Shown: positions 51,905 through 62,473, counted from the first letter of the stretch. The stretch: 64,000 nucleotides of DNA from Candidatus Poribacteria bacterium (GCA_963663765.2 CAXXUA010000008.1:32001-96000); one strand, 5' to 3'. Program-made: numbers and translations. Notes: generated by a model from the sequence alone, not told the origin.

Positions 51905-52993
51905 TTAATAACACTGTGAAATTGCAAGTTTAATATCTTTTTCTGTTACATCGTCTCGGATAACGACTTCACCAATCCGTGTTGGCAATATCAGTCGAAG
52001 TTTACCATCGAGAGCTTTTTTATCAAGTGACATTGCAGCATATATTTCTTGAGGTGTGATGTCTGATGGAAAAGTGAGCGGTAGATGTGCTTGATTTAAT
52101 AGAGTTCTTTGACGTTCAAAGTCTGTTTCAGAGAACATTCCTAAATTGACTGCTAATTGTGCTGCGCAGTTCATGCCAATTGATACCGCTTCCCCGTGTC
52201 TGTATTTTTTGTAATGTGTTAGTGCTTCAAGCGCGTGACCAAATGTGTGTCCATAGTTTAGCACCATCCTCAAACCGCTCTCTTTTTCATCTTTTGCTAC
52301 GATATCTGCTTTATTAGCACATGCACGCGCAATCATCTCAATTAATGTGGATGTATGCAAATTTATGATTGACTCTAATTCCTCTTCTACCATTTCAAAC
52401 AAAGTTTTATCACGGATAACACCCATCTTTATGACTTCTATGAGACCTGCTTGAATGTCCCGTCTTGGTAAAGTCTTTAGGGTATCCACATCAATCAAAA
52501 CCAATTTCGGTTGATGGAATGCGCCGATAAGGTTTTTACCTTTCGGATGATTGATTGCTGTTTTCCCACCTACACTTGCGTCAACCTGTGCTTGCAAGGT
52601 CGTAGGAATTTGTACGTAAGAGATTCCCCTCATATATACGGCTGCAGCAAAACCCCCTAAATCACCAACTACACCACCACCGATTGCGATTAACGTTGAA
52701 CTTCTGTCAAGTTGATGCGTAATAAGACTATCCAAAATCCTTCCTAACTGTTCTAACGATTTGCTCTTTTCACCGACTGGTACTTCAATGAGATCAACAT
52801 CAAACCCAACATTTATTAGACACTCTGTCACATAAGAAGCATATTGATCTTTTACGTAAGCATCAGTAATGATCAATACTTTTCTTGATTTAATGTGTGA
52901 CTTAAGAATGTCACCGATTTGCTTGAGAATTCCTACTCCGACGAGGAGTGGATAACTGTTCTCTTTGAGTTCGACGTGTAGAGTTTTTATCAT
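51905..52993 (-). CDS. aroB: 3-dehydroquinate synthase
   Basis: GGGVVGD, QVDASVGGKT, LNYGHTFGHALE. Confidence 0.97.
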   Translation of the reverse strand: MIKTLHVELKENSYPLLVGVGILKQIGDILKSHIKSRKVLIITDAYVKDQYASYVTECLINVGFDVDLIEVPVGEKSKSLEQLGRILDSLITHQLDRSSTLIAIGGGVVGDLGGFAAAVYMRGISYVQIPTTLQAQVDASVGGKTAINHPKGKNLIGAFHQPKLVLIDVDTLKTLPRRDIQAGLIEVIKMGVIRDKTLFEMVEEELESIINLHTSTLIEMIARACANKADIVAKDEKESGLRMVLNYGHTFGHALEALTHYKKYRHGEAVSIGMNCAAQLAVNLGMFSETDFERQRTLLNQAHLPLTFPSDITPQEIYAAMSLDKKALDGKLRLILPTRIGEVVIRDDVTEKDIKLAISQCY

Positions 52994-53567
52994 AACGATT
53001 TGTCTTATATCTTGGTTTTGTGGAATATCTTGTCCTGAGAAAGATCCTTCTTATATCAGCGATAACTTCATCAAAGGTTCTTTCGGTAGTTTCAATGATA
53101 TGGTCTGCATGTGCATAATAAGGAGCGCGTTCCGCTAACATTGTTCGTATTGTTTCCAATGCATCAGGGGTTTGGAGCAAGGGACGGTGTGTTTGATGAC
53201 CAACACGTTTGTATATTTCTTCAGGTGACGCAGTTAGACAGAAGACAATGCTATTCTCTTTTAACTTTGATACGTTCGATTCTTTCAAGACTACGCCACC
53301 ACCGGTAGAAATAACAAAGTTATATAGTTGTGAAACTTTTTCAACTGCTTCACTTTCAAGTTTTCGAAAACCTGCTTCTCCATCCTCTGCGAAAATATCA
53401 CTGATACGACGCCGACTGTCCCGTTCAATGACATTATCGGTATCAATGTAACGCATACGCATTTGTGCAGCAAGTCTTTTGCCAATTGAAGTCTTACCAG
53501 TACCCATAAAACCTACGAGCACGATATTAGGGTTTCTATTGGGTGTTTGGCTAAATTGTCTTCGCAT
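52911..53567 (-). CDS. aroK: Shikimate kinase
   Basis: GFMGTGKT, GEAGFR, STGGG, RPLL. Confidence 0.95.
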   Translation of the reverse strand: MRRQFSQTPNRNPNIVLVGFMGTGKTSIGKRLAAQMRMRYIDTDNVIERDSRRRISDIFAEDGEAGFRKLESEAVEKVSQLYNFVISTGGGVVLKESNVSKLKENSIVFCLTASPEEIYKRVGHQTHRPLLQTPDALETIRTMLAERAPYYAHADHIIETTERTFDEVIADIRRIFLRTRYSTKPRYKTNRYDKNSTRRTQREQLSTPRRSRNSQANR

Positions 53568-53681
53568 TAGAACGAGTTTCTTTTATTCTGGGGTATCAGT
53601 ATTATGAATATAAATTTCAATTATAACATTTTTGTAGAATAATGTAAAGAAAAGAAATTCCCAGTATCCCAGTTTTAAAGC

Positions 53682-54673
53682 GGGTGTGTAAAAGTTTTGC
53701 ACAAACTACTCATTCTTCATTGTAGGGCGGGGCTCTGTGCCCGCCCCAACTGATTATATGAGAGATTGCGGGGCACAGAGCCCTAATGAGTTTTGACGTT
53801 CAAGTTGTGTATTCGTAGGGACGTGGTTTCCACACATGATCTACGCAAACTCAAAAACCAAACGGGTTGGGGAACCCAACCCCTACGAATTCAACTGCCG
53901 ATTTTGATTGTCAAACTTCATTAGGTGTCAATATAAAGAAATATTGTTAATATTAACTATATTCTTCAGTCCCGTAGGGGGGATATGTTTATAGAAATAC
54001 ATATCCCCATGTCTTTTTAGTCCCGTAGGGACGATATGTTTATTCTTCTATGTCGTTCCTACGGAACTAAAGAGAGGGGATGTGATAACGTCTTTCTATA
54101 AACATTGCGTCCCTACGGGACTAAAGAGAACAAAAGTTTGTACCTCTGTGCAAAATCTTTACACACCCAATTCCCAGATCTGGATTGGGTGTGTAAAATA
54201 TTTGCACAAACTACTCATTCTTCATTGTAGGACGGGGCTCTGTGCCCGCCCCAACTGATTATATGAGAGATTGCGGGGCACAGAGCCCTAATGAGTTTTG
54301 ACGTTCAAGTTGTGTATTCGTAGGGACGTGGTTTCCACTCATGATCTACGCAAACTCAAAAACCAAACGGGTTGGGGAACCCAACCCCTACGAATTCAAC
54401 TGCCGATTTTGATTGTCAAACTTCATTAGGTGTCAATATAAAGAAATATTGTTAATATTAACCATATTCTTCAGTCCCGTAGGGACGATATGTTTATAGA
54501 AATACATATCCCCATGTCTTTTTAGTCCCGTAGGGACGATATGTTTATTCTTCTATGTCGTTCCTACGGAACTAAAGAGAGGGGATGTGATAACGTCTTT
54601 CTATAAACATTGCGTCCCTACGGGACTAAAGAGAACAAAAGTTTGTACCTCTGTGCAAAATCTTTACACACCC
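53682..54673. mobile_element. Tandem pair of 487-bp IS256-like-ended MITEs packed with REP hairpins and nested elements
   Basis: GGGTGTGTAAAA / TTTACACACCC ends at 53682-54168 and 54187-54673; outer flanks ttttaaagc / ttttaaatc. Confidence 0.88.
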
Positions 54674-54696
54674 TTTTAAATCTGGATTTGTAACAC

Positions 54697-54725
54697 TTGA
54701 CACCATTATTGTCTTATGTTAAAAT
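54697..54725 (+). promoter_or_regulatory. Sigma-70-type promoter, probably giving a leaderless mRNA
   Basis: TTGACA-N17-TAAAAT with extended TG; ATG 6 nt later; no Shine-Dalgarno. Confidence 0.6.
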
Positions 54726-54731
54726 GTATAT

Positions 54732-55262
54732 ATGATGAAATTAAAAGTTTGTTTAATCTTATGCTTTCTGTTCATATATGGAACAAGTAATGGAAATGAC
54801 GATCCTCCGAAAGTTGGTGATGACGCACCCCTTTGGACACTGCAAGATGCTAAGGAAAAAGAGCATAGTCTAAAGAAGTTGAACGGAAAAATGGTCTTTC
54901 TTATAATGGGTAATCGGAAAATTCGTAAAGAAGATGACAAATGGGCAGAAGCGTTTCAAAAAGATTATAAGAACAACAAACTTGTTACGGCTTATATAAT
55001 AGGCGATTTGCGGAGTGTACCAGGATTCATTCCAAAACGTTTCGTGAGATTCCAACTCAATAGAAATCCCCCACCAGTCAAATTCCTGCTTGATTGGAAG
55101 GGGGAGGTACATAAAAAGTATCACACAGAGAAAAAGAAACCAAATCTATTTTTAATTTCATCCAAAGGAAAAATTGTCTACCATCGTAAGATTGATTTTA
55201 AACCAGAATTTTATACAGATCTCAAAAAACAAATTGAAACTCAATTAAAGAATATGCCTTAA
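54732..55262 (+). CDS. Exported thioredoxin-fold (AhpC-like) protein lacking a catalytic Cys
   Basis: Signal peptide; KVGDDAPLWTLQD; LLDWKGEV; LISSKGKIVY. Confidence 0.7.
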   Translation: MMKLKVCLILCFLFIYGTSNGNDDPPKVGDDAPLWTLQDAKEKEHSLKKLNGKMVFLIMGNRKIRKEDDKWAEAFQKDYKNNKLVTAYIIGDLRSVPGFIPKRFVRFQLNRNPPPVKFLLDWKGEVHKKYHTEKKKPNLFLISSKGKIVYHRKIDFKPEFYTDLKKQIETQLKNMP

Positions 55263-55316
55263 GCAAAAGATGTGTAAATGTTGATTTTTGTTTAGAAGAT
55301 GTAGAGGAGAAAAAAA

Positions 55317-56171
55317 ATGAATTTCAATGCGGAGGTACAAAGATATTTTACTTTTCCAATGAGACTCATTGGAATTGGATCGTTGGTTGGTGTATTTGGT
55401 TGTTTAGGATTAGCACAGACAGCAGAAAGTATACTTTTATTCATTTTTTCAATGTCTCTATCATTTTTAGGGACAATTGTGACTTTGTGTGGTCTTATGG
55501 TTTTAGAAGAAAACCCACCCAGTCAGAAAAAATTTCGTAAATTGAAATCTGAGACTATCAAGACTATAAAGATCCAATATCCAAATTACATTATGAAGTT
55601 AGAAACATTGAAACAAGATTATCAGAAACTATACGGAAAACTCAGTGATACTCGTGAGTATTATGATATTTCTCGTAAGGAATTAAGAAATCTGCGGTTA
55701 GAGTTAAAGAAAATACAGAAAGAACTTCATGACAAGTCAAATATCACATCACAAATAATTGACAACGTCGCTCCCAATGGGATTGCTGAAAAGATTATCT
55801 GGTCTGAAAAGCAAGTTAAACTCACTGAATTTAGTGAACAGTTAGACGCACTTTCACAGGTATTTACATTTTCACATTTAGAACAGTATCGGAATAAACT
55901 ATCACAGTTTGACAGCAGCCTAAAGCGATTAGATCATGGAATTAGATACTACCGTGAATTGTTGATACATTGTAATGATAATGATGATTCAAAATATGAC
56001 ACTGTTTTCGATATAAAACAGAAGGTTGATACTTATGAAAAATTGATGATTCGTGAAGAAAAGCAAATGGAAGAACTTTTGGTATCTATGGAAAATAAAA
56101 GAGATGAAGCGAAGAATGAACTAACATTTTTTATGTCACAACTTGACCGATTTAATGAAGGATATTATTAA
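55317..56171 (+). CDS. Hypothetical protein, 2 TMs plus coiled coil
   Basis: GAGGAG RBS; hydrophobic N-terminus; heptad-rich body. Confidence 0.7.
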   Translation: MNFNAEVQRYFTFPMRLIGIGSLVGVFGCLGLAQTAESILLFIFSMSLSFLGTIVTLCGLMVLEENPPSQKKFRKLKSETIKTIKIQYPNYIMKLETLKQDYQKLYGKLSDTREYYDISRKELRNLRLELKKIQKELHDKSNITSQIIDNVAPNGIAEKIIWSEKQVKLTEFSEQLDALSQVFTFSHLEQYRNKLSQFDSSLKRLDHGIRYYRELLIHCNDNDDSKYDTVFDIKQKVDTYEKLMIREEKQMEELLVSMENKRDEAKNELTFFMSQLDRFNEGYY

Positions 56172-56192
56172 TATTTTCAAAGTTATTGGTTA

Positions 56193-56453
56193 CAGGACTT
56201 ACGCAGTTTTCATGATTTGATGAAAATTATGACGAAAATGGTGTAATTTTCAGCATTTTTTCGGTTTCCAGCGCCAAATCAAGAAATCAACGGTATGAAT
56301 GCCTTTTGGCATTCGCTGGGTATGAATGCCTTTTGGCATTCCCCGCCTACAAAGCGCCAAATCAAGTAATCAACGGTATGAATACCTTATGGTATTCCCG
56401 GGGTATGAATGCCTTTTGGCATTCCCCGCCTTCCGTTGGGTGCGTAAGTCCTG
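56193..56453. mobile_element. CAGGACTTACGCA MITE with TSD GGTTA containing four mini-hairpin modules
   Basis: TIRs, TSD and repeated GGTATGAAT(G/A)CC..GG(C/T)ATTC. Confidence 0.85.
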
Positions 56454-56511
56454 GGTTATTGTCCACCAATAAGTCTTCATGAGGTTACCTATAAGATATA
56501 AAAGGAATTGT

Positions 56512-57483
56512 ATGAAGTATCTTGTCACAGGTTGTGCTGGATTTATTGGATGGAAAGTCAGCGAATTTCTGTTGATGGACGGACATACTGTGATCGGTGT
56601 TGATAACCTCAACGATGCTTATGATGTTACAATCAAGAAATGGCGGCTTTCTCATCTTCAGACAATACCAGATTTTCATTTTCACTGTATAGATATTTGT
56701 AATTACTCAGATTTGGAAGCAGTTTTTGATATAACCTATGATGCAGTGATTAACCTTGCTGCGCGTGCGGGTGTACGCCAATCGGTTAAAACACCGTGGG
56801 TTTACATTGATACAAACATCACAGGAACTCTAAATCTACTTGAACTTTGTCGAGTATCTGAAATAAACAAGTTTGTTTTAGCGTCTACGTCAAGCCTTTA
56901 CGGTTCAAAGAATCCCCTTCCATTTAGCGAAGAAGCTGATACAAATCATCCTTTGTCCCCTTATGCAGCATCCAAAAAAGGTGCAGAAGCCATTTGCCAT
57001 AGTTTTCACCATCTGTATGATATTGATATGACTATATGTCGTTTCTTTACAGTCTATGGACCGGCAGGACGTCCGGATATGAGTGCGTTCCGTTTTGTCC
57101 AATGGATAAGTGAAGGGAAGCCTGTTATCGTATATGGTGATGGAAGACAATCCTCACGCGATTATACTTATGTTGACGATATTGCCAAAGGTGTTATAGC
57201 AGGATTGAGACCCCTCGGTTATGAGGTGATCAATCTCGGATCTGACAGTCCAATTGTCCTAATTGAAACGATTCGAACTATAGAAGAACTGGTAGGTAAG
57301 AAAGCTAAACTCACTCATCAACCTGTACATCCAGCAGATGTAAATGCTACTTGGGCAAACATTCAAAAAGCTAAGCAACTGTTAGAATGGAGTCCTGAAA
57401 CTACATATCGCCAAGGAATTACCAACCTTGTAAAATGGTACCAAAGGCATCGTGATTGGTTAAAGGATATTTCAACAGGTTAA
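56512..57483 (+). CDS. NAD-dependent epimerase (UDP-glucuronate 4-epimerase-like)
   Basis: LVTGCAGFIG, NLAARAGVR, YAASK, YGPAGRPDM. Confidence 0.92.
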   Translation: MKYLVTGCAGFIGWKVSEFLLMDGHTVIGVDNLNDAYDVTIKKWRLSHLQTIPDFHFHCIDICNYSDLEAVFDITYDAVINLAARAGVRQSVKTPWVYIDTNITGTLNLLELCRVSEINKFVLASTSSLYGSKNPLPFSEEADTNHPLSPYAASKKGAEAICHSFHHLYDIDMTICRFFTVYGPAGRPDMSAFRFVQWISEGKPVIVYGDGRQSSRDYTYVDDIAKGVIAGLRPLGYEVINLGSDSPIVLIETIRTIEELVGKKAKLTHQPVHPADVNATWANIQKAKQLLEWSPETTYRQGITNLVKWYQRHRDWLKDISTG

Positions 57484-58022
57484 GCAGCAGACAAAATATT
57501 CACAGCTTTTTCTAATGCTTTTTCATCCACTTTCATTTTTGCATTAGCAACTTCACGTTTAACATAGGTTAACGTGTGGGTTGGAGTCATTGGAGTTGCT
57601 ATGTCCTGAATTATCTTGTGAAGACGTTTTACATCCGTTTTCTTAATCCCAGTCTGCTCTTCAACACGAGTATGCAAATCAGTTGTTGATTCAGGTTCCT
57701 TGACCTTCTGAGCAGGTTTTGTTTTTGTTGTCCTTACAGTAGTTGTGCGTCTTCTTGTTTTCGTTTTCTGAATTTTACCAGCATCCAAGGCTTTTATCCC
57801 ACACTGTTTACACAACTTTGCTGTTACATCAACCAATGTCATCTTTACAATCATTTCACTAATCGCGCCACAGAGTTCACATTCTGTAAGGTCCTCAATA
57901 CTAGCAAGAATATCTGCTTGGAGTCCCATCATTTTTTGCTTATCAGTCTTTGTTGGTTTCTCTTTTTGACAAAGTGCGATTAACTTCTCAGCACTTTTTT
58001 CAATCTGATCTAATTGTCCCAT
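57480..58022 (-). CDS. Hypothetical basic protein with a CxxC...CxxC zinc ribbon
   Basis: GGAGGTG RBS; CELC and CKQC; Lys/Thr-rich linker. Confidence 0.7.
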   Translation of the reverse strand: MGQLDQIEKSAEKLIALCQKEKPTKTDKQKMMGLQADILASIEDLTECELCGAISEMIVKMTLVDVTAKLCKQCGIKALDAGKIQKTKTRRRTTTVRTTKTKPAQKVKEPESTTDLHTRVEEQTGIKKTDVKRLHKIIQDIATPMTPTHTLTYVKREVANAKMKVDEKALEKAVNILSAA

Positions 58023-58177
58023 CTTAACACCTCCAATATATGTTATAATTAGTATAACATATATGAAATACTGCGTCAAGAATTAATTATGCAAAATTGG
58101 ATTTTAATTTTTTTCAGATTGTGCGTATAAGCGGCAGGAATTGAAGTTTCAAAAAGCGAAGAATTAACTGGTTAGAT

Positions 58178-59749
58178 TTATTTGATGTAGTCCTTGTCTT
58201 TATACAGTTTGTATTCAAAACTATCTATGAGGGCATCGCAGCTTGCAGATATAATATTTTCAGAGACACCGACTGTTCTCCAACTTATCTGTCCATCTCC
58301 TGCTTCAATAAGTACTCTGACTTTAGAACCGGTGCCTGCTTTCGTGTCTAACACCCGAACTTTGTAATCCATCAATCTGACTTTCTGTAGTTCAGGATAG
58401 TAAAGTTCAAGTGCTTTTCTGAGTGCGGTATCTAAAGCGTTGACAGGACCATCACCATCTGCAGCGGTATGTATAGCTTCTCCATTTGGTGTTGTTACTT
58501 TCACAGTTGCTTCAGACCGCATCGTGTGGTCTGAAAACTTCTCAATAATGACACGAAAACCGAGATGTTCAAAAAAGGAGTCATACCCATTGAAAACTTT
58601 GTGAGTCAATAATTCAAAAGAAGCTTCTGCAGCTTCATACTGATATCCCAAATTTTCTAACTCCTTTAGTCTGTTGAAAAGTTCTAAAACTTGAGGAGAA
58701 TTCTTATCGTAATTGGGGTATTCTTTCTCGATTTTTTTCATGATAGTGCTGCGGCCCGCCTGATCAGAAACGAGGATGCGCTGGGTGTTTCCAACCTTTT
58801 CAGGCACAATGTGTTCATAGGTGAGTCGGTTCTTACGTATTGCGTCCGTGTGTAGACCTCCTTTATGTGCAAAAGCGGATTGTCCAACGTAGGGTTGACG
58901 TTCGTCGTGCGGTAGGTTTGCCAGTTCACTGATGAGACGAGATACACTTGTCAATGCTTGCAATTGGTTTTCACTTAGACATTCAATACCTAATTTAAGT
59001 TGAACGGTTGGGATAATCGACGCAAGATTAGCATTTCCACACCTCTCACCGTATCCGTTGAAGGTACCCTGAATGTGATTCGCTCCAGCTTGAACTGCTA
59101 AAACAGAATTCGCTGCACCCATTCCAGCATCATTGTGTGCATGAATACCGATTGGTAATGAAAGCGCAGAAATTGAGGCTTTTACACCCTCCTGAATCTC
59201 TAAAGGCAATCTTCCGCCATTGGTATCACATAAAACTATACAATTTGCACCACCTGATGCAGCGGCATGTAGTGTCTCTATAGCATAAACAGGGTCATCC
59301 TTATACCCATCAAAGAAGTGTTCCGCATCGTAAATGACTTCACGTCCATTTTCCACAAGATACCGTACGGAACTCTCAATTAGTTCTAAGTTTTCTTCAG
59401 CTGAAACGCGCAATACTTCAGTTGCATGAAGCTGCCAGCTTTTACCGAAAATAGTAACGATTCTTGTGCCTGTATCAAGTAGTGCAGCAAGGTTGGGATC
59501 GTTCTCTGCTGTATATGTAGGATAACGAGTACTACCGAATGGAACAACTATTGCTGTTTTTAATGTTAGGTCTTTTGCGCGTTTAAAAAACTCAATATCT
59601 TTAGGATTTGAACCAGGGTAACCACCCTCAATGTAATGAATTCCCAATTTATCAAGTGCATCAATAATGATGAGTTTATCTTCAACAGAGAATGAAACAC
59701 CCTCGGCTTGACTTCCATCCCTGAGCGTTGTATCGTAAAATTCAACCAT
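58178..59749 (-). CDS. cimA: Citramalate synthase
   Basis: DTTLRDG, PGSNPKD, YDAEHFFDG, GYQYEAAEASFEL, LeuA-type regulatory domain. Confidence 0.9.
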   Translation of the reverse strand: MVEFYDTTLRDGSQAEGVSFSVEDKLIIIDALDKLGIHYIEGGYPGSNPKDIEFFKRAKDLTLKTAIVVPFGSTRYPTYTAENDPNLAALLDTGTRIVTIFGKSWQLHATEVLRVSAEENLELIESSVRYLVENGREVIYDAEHFFDGYKDDPVYAIETLHAAASGGANCIVLCDTNGGRLPLEIQEGVKASISALSLPIGIHAHNDAGMGAANSVLAVQAGANHIQGTFNGYGERCGNANLASIIPTVQLKLGIECLSENQLQALTSVSRLISELANLPHDERQPYVGQSAFAHKGGLHTDAIRKNRLTYEHIVPEKVGNTQRILVSDQAGRSTIMKKIEKEYPNYDKNSPQVLELFNRLKELENLGYQYEAAEASFELLTHKVFNGYDSFFEHLGFRVIIEKFSDHTMRSEATVKVTTPNGEAIHTAADGDGPVNALDTALRKALELYYPELQKVRLMDYKVRVLDTKAGTGSKVRVLIEAGDGQISWRTVGVSENIISASCDALIDSFEYKLYKDKDYIK

Positions 59750-59944
59750 GTTTTGTCTCTTAAAGCAAATTTTGTCTATACCTTCTATATGTTGAAATCT
59801 TCTTAATAGCGAAGCCCCATTAGACTAACAGAAATTCTATCATATAACAGGTCAAAAGTCAAAAATATTATCTATGTAGGTCTATAAAGTTTTTTTCGGA
59901 CAGAAACGTGAATTTCGTGGATTAGTGATTCAGACCGGTTCTGA

Positions 59945-60685
59945 TTATCTATTGATTAAGGCAGCGCTATAACCTGCACCGAAACCGTTGTCAATGTTAA
60001 CGACTGTTACACCAGAGGCACAACTGTTCAACATACCAAGCAATGCTGCAAGACCACCGAAACTTGCACCATAGCCAACACTCGTTGGGACAGCGATGAC
60101 AGGACAATCTACCAATCCCCCAACAACACTTGGCAATGCCCCTTCCATACCCGCCACAACAATAATAACACGCGCATTTAGAAGTTTTTCGTGATTACCA
60201 ATGAGTCGGTGTAATCCCGCAACGCCAACATCATATAAACGTTCCGGGGAACTGCCCAACATATAAGCGGTTTCGACTGCTTCTTCAGCAACGGGTAGGT
60301 CAGAAGTGCCTGCGGATACAACCAAAACACCCGGCTTCTGTTGTATATCAGATTGCACAACAGAAATCGTTCGTCCAAGTTCATTGTATCGTGCTTCTGG
60401 TTCAACGGATTTTACTGCTTCATACATTGATGGGGTCGCACGGGTAGCAAGGAGAGGATGACCGGCACTCAAAATACGTTCACTGATTTTGGCTACTTGG
60501 GTATCTGTCTTGCCTTCGCAGAAGATAACTTCAGGAAATCCTGTGCGTAGTTGCCGATGATGGTCAATTTTAGAGAAACCGAGGTCTTCAAAAGGGAGGA
60601 TGCGGAGAGATTGAAGTGCGTCAACCACCTCAATCTCACCACGTTTGACCTGTTCAAGGAGAGTTCTTAGCTTTTCAACTTCCAT
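59945..60685 (-). CDS. larB: Nickel pincer cofactor biosynthesis protein LarB
   Basis: DHHRQLRTGFPEVIFCEGK, AGTSDLPVAEEA, AGMEGALPSVV, VVNIDNGFGA. Confidence 0.93.
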   Translation of the reverse strand: MEVEKLRTLLEQVKRGEIEVVDALQSLRILPFEDLGFSKIDHHRQLRTGFPEVIFCEGKTDTQVAKISERILSAGHPLLATRATPSMYEAVKSVEPEARYNELGRTISVVQSDIQQKPGVLVVSAGTSDLPVAEEAVETAYMLGSSPERLYDVGVAGLHRLIGNHEKLLNARVIIVVAGMEGALPSVVGGLVDCPVIAVPTSVGYGASFGGLAALLGMLNSCASGVTVVNIDNGFGAGYSAALINR

Positions 60686-60729
60686 ACATGTTGAAATTAC
60701 ACTTTAAGGTATTGTCATACCATTTCTAT

Positions 60730-60966
60730 TATAGTGAAATATACAATTAAGTTTACACGTTTTCTGTAGGAGCGATCTCCGAATCGCGACTGAATGCCTT
60801 GATAGTCGGGAATCGGAGTTCCCTCCTACACCATCGCGACTGAACGCCTTGATAGTCGGGAATCGGAGTTCCCTCCTACACCATCGCGACTGAACGTCTT
60901 GATAGTCGGGAATCGGAGTTCCCTCCTACACCTGAAAGTGTAAAAATAATTCTAAAATCTACTATA
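60730..60966. mobile_element. TATAGT-ended MITE with an internal 3x 50-bp REP expansion
   Basis: Same shell as 21158 and 28909; unit atcgcgactg...ctcctacacc repeated three times. Confidence 0.85.
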
Positions 60967-61193
60967 ATACATGTCTCATTAAGTAGTTGCACTGATTTTG
61001 CGGGTTGTAGGCCGACTTTACGGTAGGAGCGACCTCCCGGTCACGACCCGGTGAATGCCAAAAGGCATTCATACCGTTGATTCGGAGGTCTCTCCTACCA
61101 TATCTCCTCTGCTAATGAGACATTGATTTTTGTAATGATTTTCAATTGATTAGCAAGTGACAAATACGGTATTCACTACATTGAATCTATATT

Positions 61194-61604
61194 CTAAGCA
61201 TCTTCAGTCTTCTTCTTACCAGATTTCTTGTCACCTGAGAGCCCAGGTATCGTCTCAGTGATTTTGTCACGTACATCTGAAGAGACCTTTTTACCAGTTT
61301 CAACAGCCGATTTTACTTGTTTTGATGCGTCCTTGACATGTCCCTTACTGACTTCCACGATACCTTGAACACTTTGCTTTCCTTGGTCCACGATATTCTG
61401 TACATTTTCTTTAGCAGACTCGCTTGCTTGTTGTGCAAATTCCAATGTCCTATCTTTTGCTTGAAGCGAGGTTTCCTTGATTTTCTCACGGGTTTCTTTA
61501 CCGGGTGCTGGCGCATACAGCAGACTCAACACTGCACCTGCCAAGAAGCCAGTGAAAAAGGCAAAAATCATTGTCAAGCCATTGTTGTTTTCGTTATTAC
61601 TCAT
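61194..61604 (-). CDS. YtxH domain protein
   Basis: FFTGFLAGAVLSLLYAPAPGKETREKI. Confidence 0.88.
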   Translation of the reverse strand: MSNNENNNGLTMIFAFFTGFLAGAVLSLLYAPAPGKETREKIKETSLQAKDRTLEFAQQASESAKENVQNIVDQGKQSVQGIVEVSKGHVKDASKQVKSAVETGKKVSSDVRDKITETIPGLSGDKKSGKKKTEDA

Positions 61605-61846
61605 GGGTCTATCCTTCCTATATTTAAGTTTGAAGTTGACACAAATCCAGTTTTACTTCTATTTAGATGAATGTTCATCTCTTTAGTATATACGTTAATT
61701 TTGGATATTTCTTTTCAATTCTGTGAATTTTCCTATTTTATTCTCTGTCAATCAGTAATTTTTGTATACCACATTTCAACCAGTCTATTAACCTATGGAT
61801 TCATTTGCTTTTTAAACACTTGGTTTCATATCTAATCTGTTGATGA

Positions 61847-62473
61847 TTAACTGACTTCGTCCAGTTCTTCTGAGTGAGAGTCCTCTGTATCATCAGATGA
61901 GTTTTGTCCATGCTGCTCAGTGGTAGATACATTTACCTCACTGGAATTTGATGCTTTGTTGTATAGTCTCTCCCATCCAGCTTTCACACCATGCCACAAT
62001 CCAATTATATCTGCAAGGGATACAGCAACTTGATTCCTAAAATATTCTGCCTGTTCAATTGTCTGACCCGAAAAAGAGGATACTTTATGCACGACTGACT
62101 CAAATTCATGGATACTATGATTCAATGCTTCTGTCAATTCTTGTACGTTATGTAAAGTTGTTTGTATCTCATTTTCGCTTATCTGTTGTAATGATGCAGT
62201 TATACCATTGATGTTTTGGAGTAGTTGGGGTAACTCCTTATTGATCTCTTTCACAGTTTGTGTTACGTCATTGATAAGTATGCCGACTTCTTGATTCACC
62301 AGACTTTCGGTAGAATTCAATGTGTTTTGAATACTATTTAGAGATTTCCTGATACTTGAAAGAGCGGCACATAGATAAATAAATAAAACAGTTAAGGCAA
62401 TTAAAGCTAAGCTCAGACTACATTTCCATACAATTGATACAATGACATTTGATACAATGACATTTGGATCCAT
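61847..62473 (-). CDS. DUF948-like membrane-anchored coiled-coil protein
   Basis: N-terminal TM plus heptad repeats; adjacent to YtxH. Confidence 0.65.
   Translation of the reverse strand: MDPNVIVSNVIVSIVWKCSLSLALIALTVLFIYLCAALSSIRKSLNSIQNTLNSTESLVNQEVGILINDVTQTVKEINKELPQLLQNINGITASLQQISENEIQTTLHNVQELTEALNHSIHEFESVVHKVSSFSGQTIEQAEYFRNQVAVSLADIIGLWHGVKAGWERLYNKASNSSEVNVSTTEQHGQNSSDDTEDSHSEELDEVS

Noticed and set aside
52911-52993. aroK/aroB 83-nt overlap as a programmed frameshift or fusion
   Set aside because: aroB has its own ATG and there is no obvious slippery site. A shifted stop codon is the simpler explanation.
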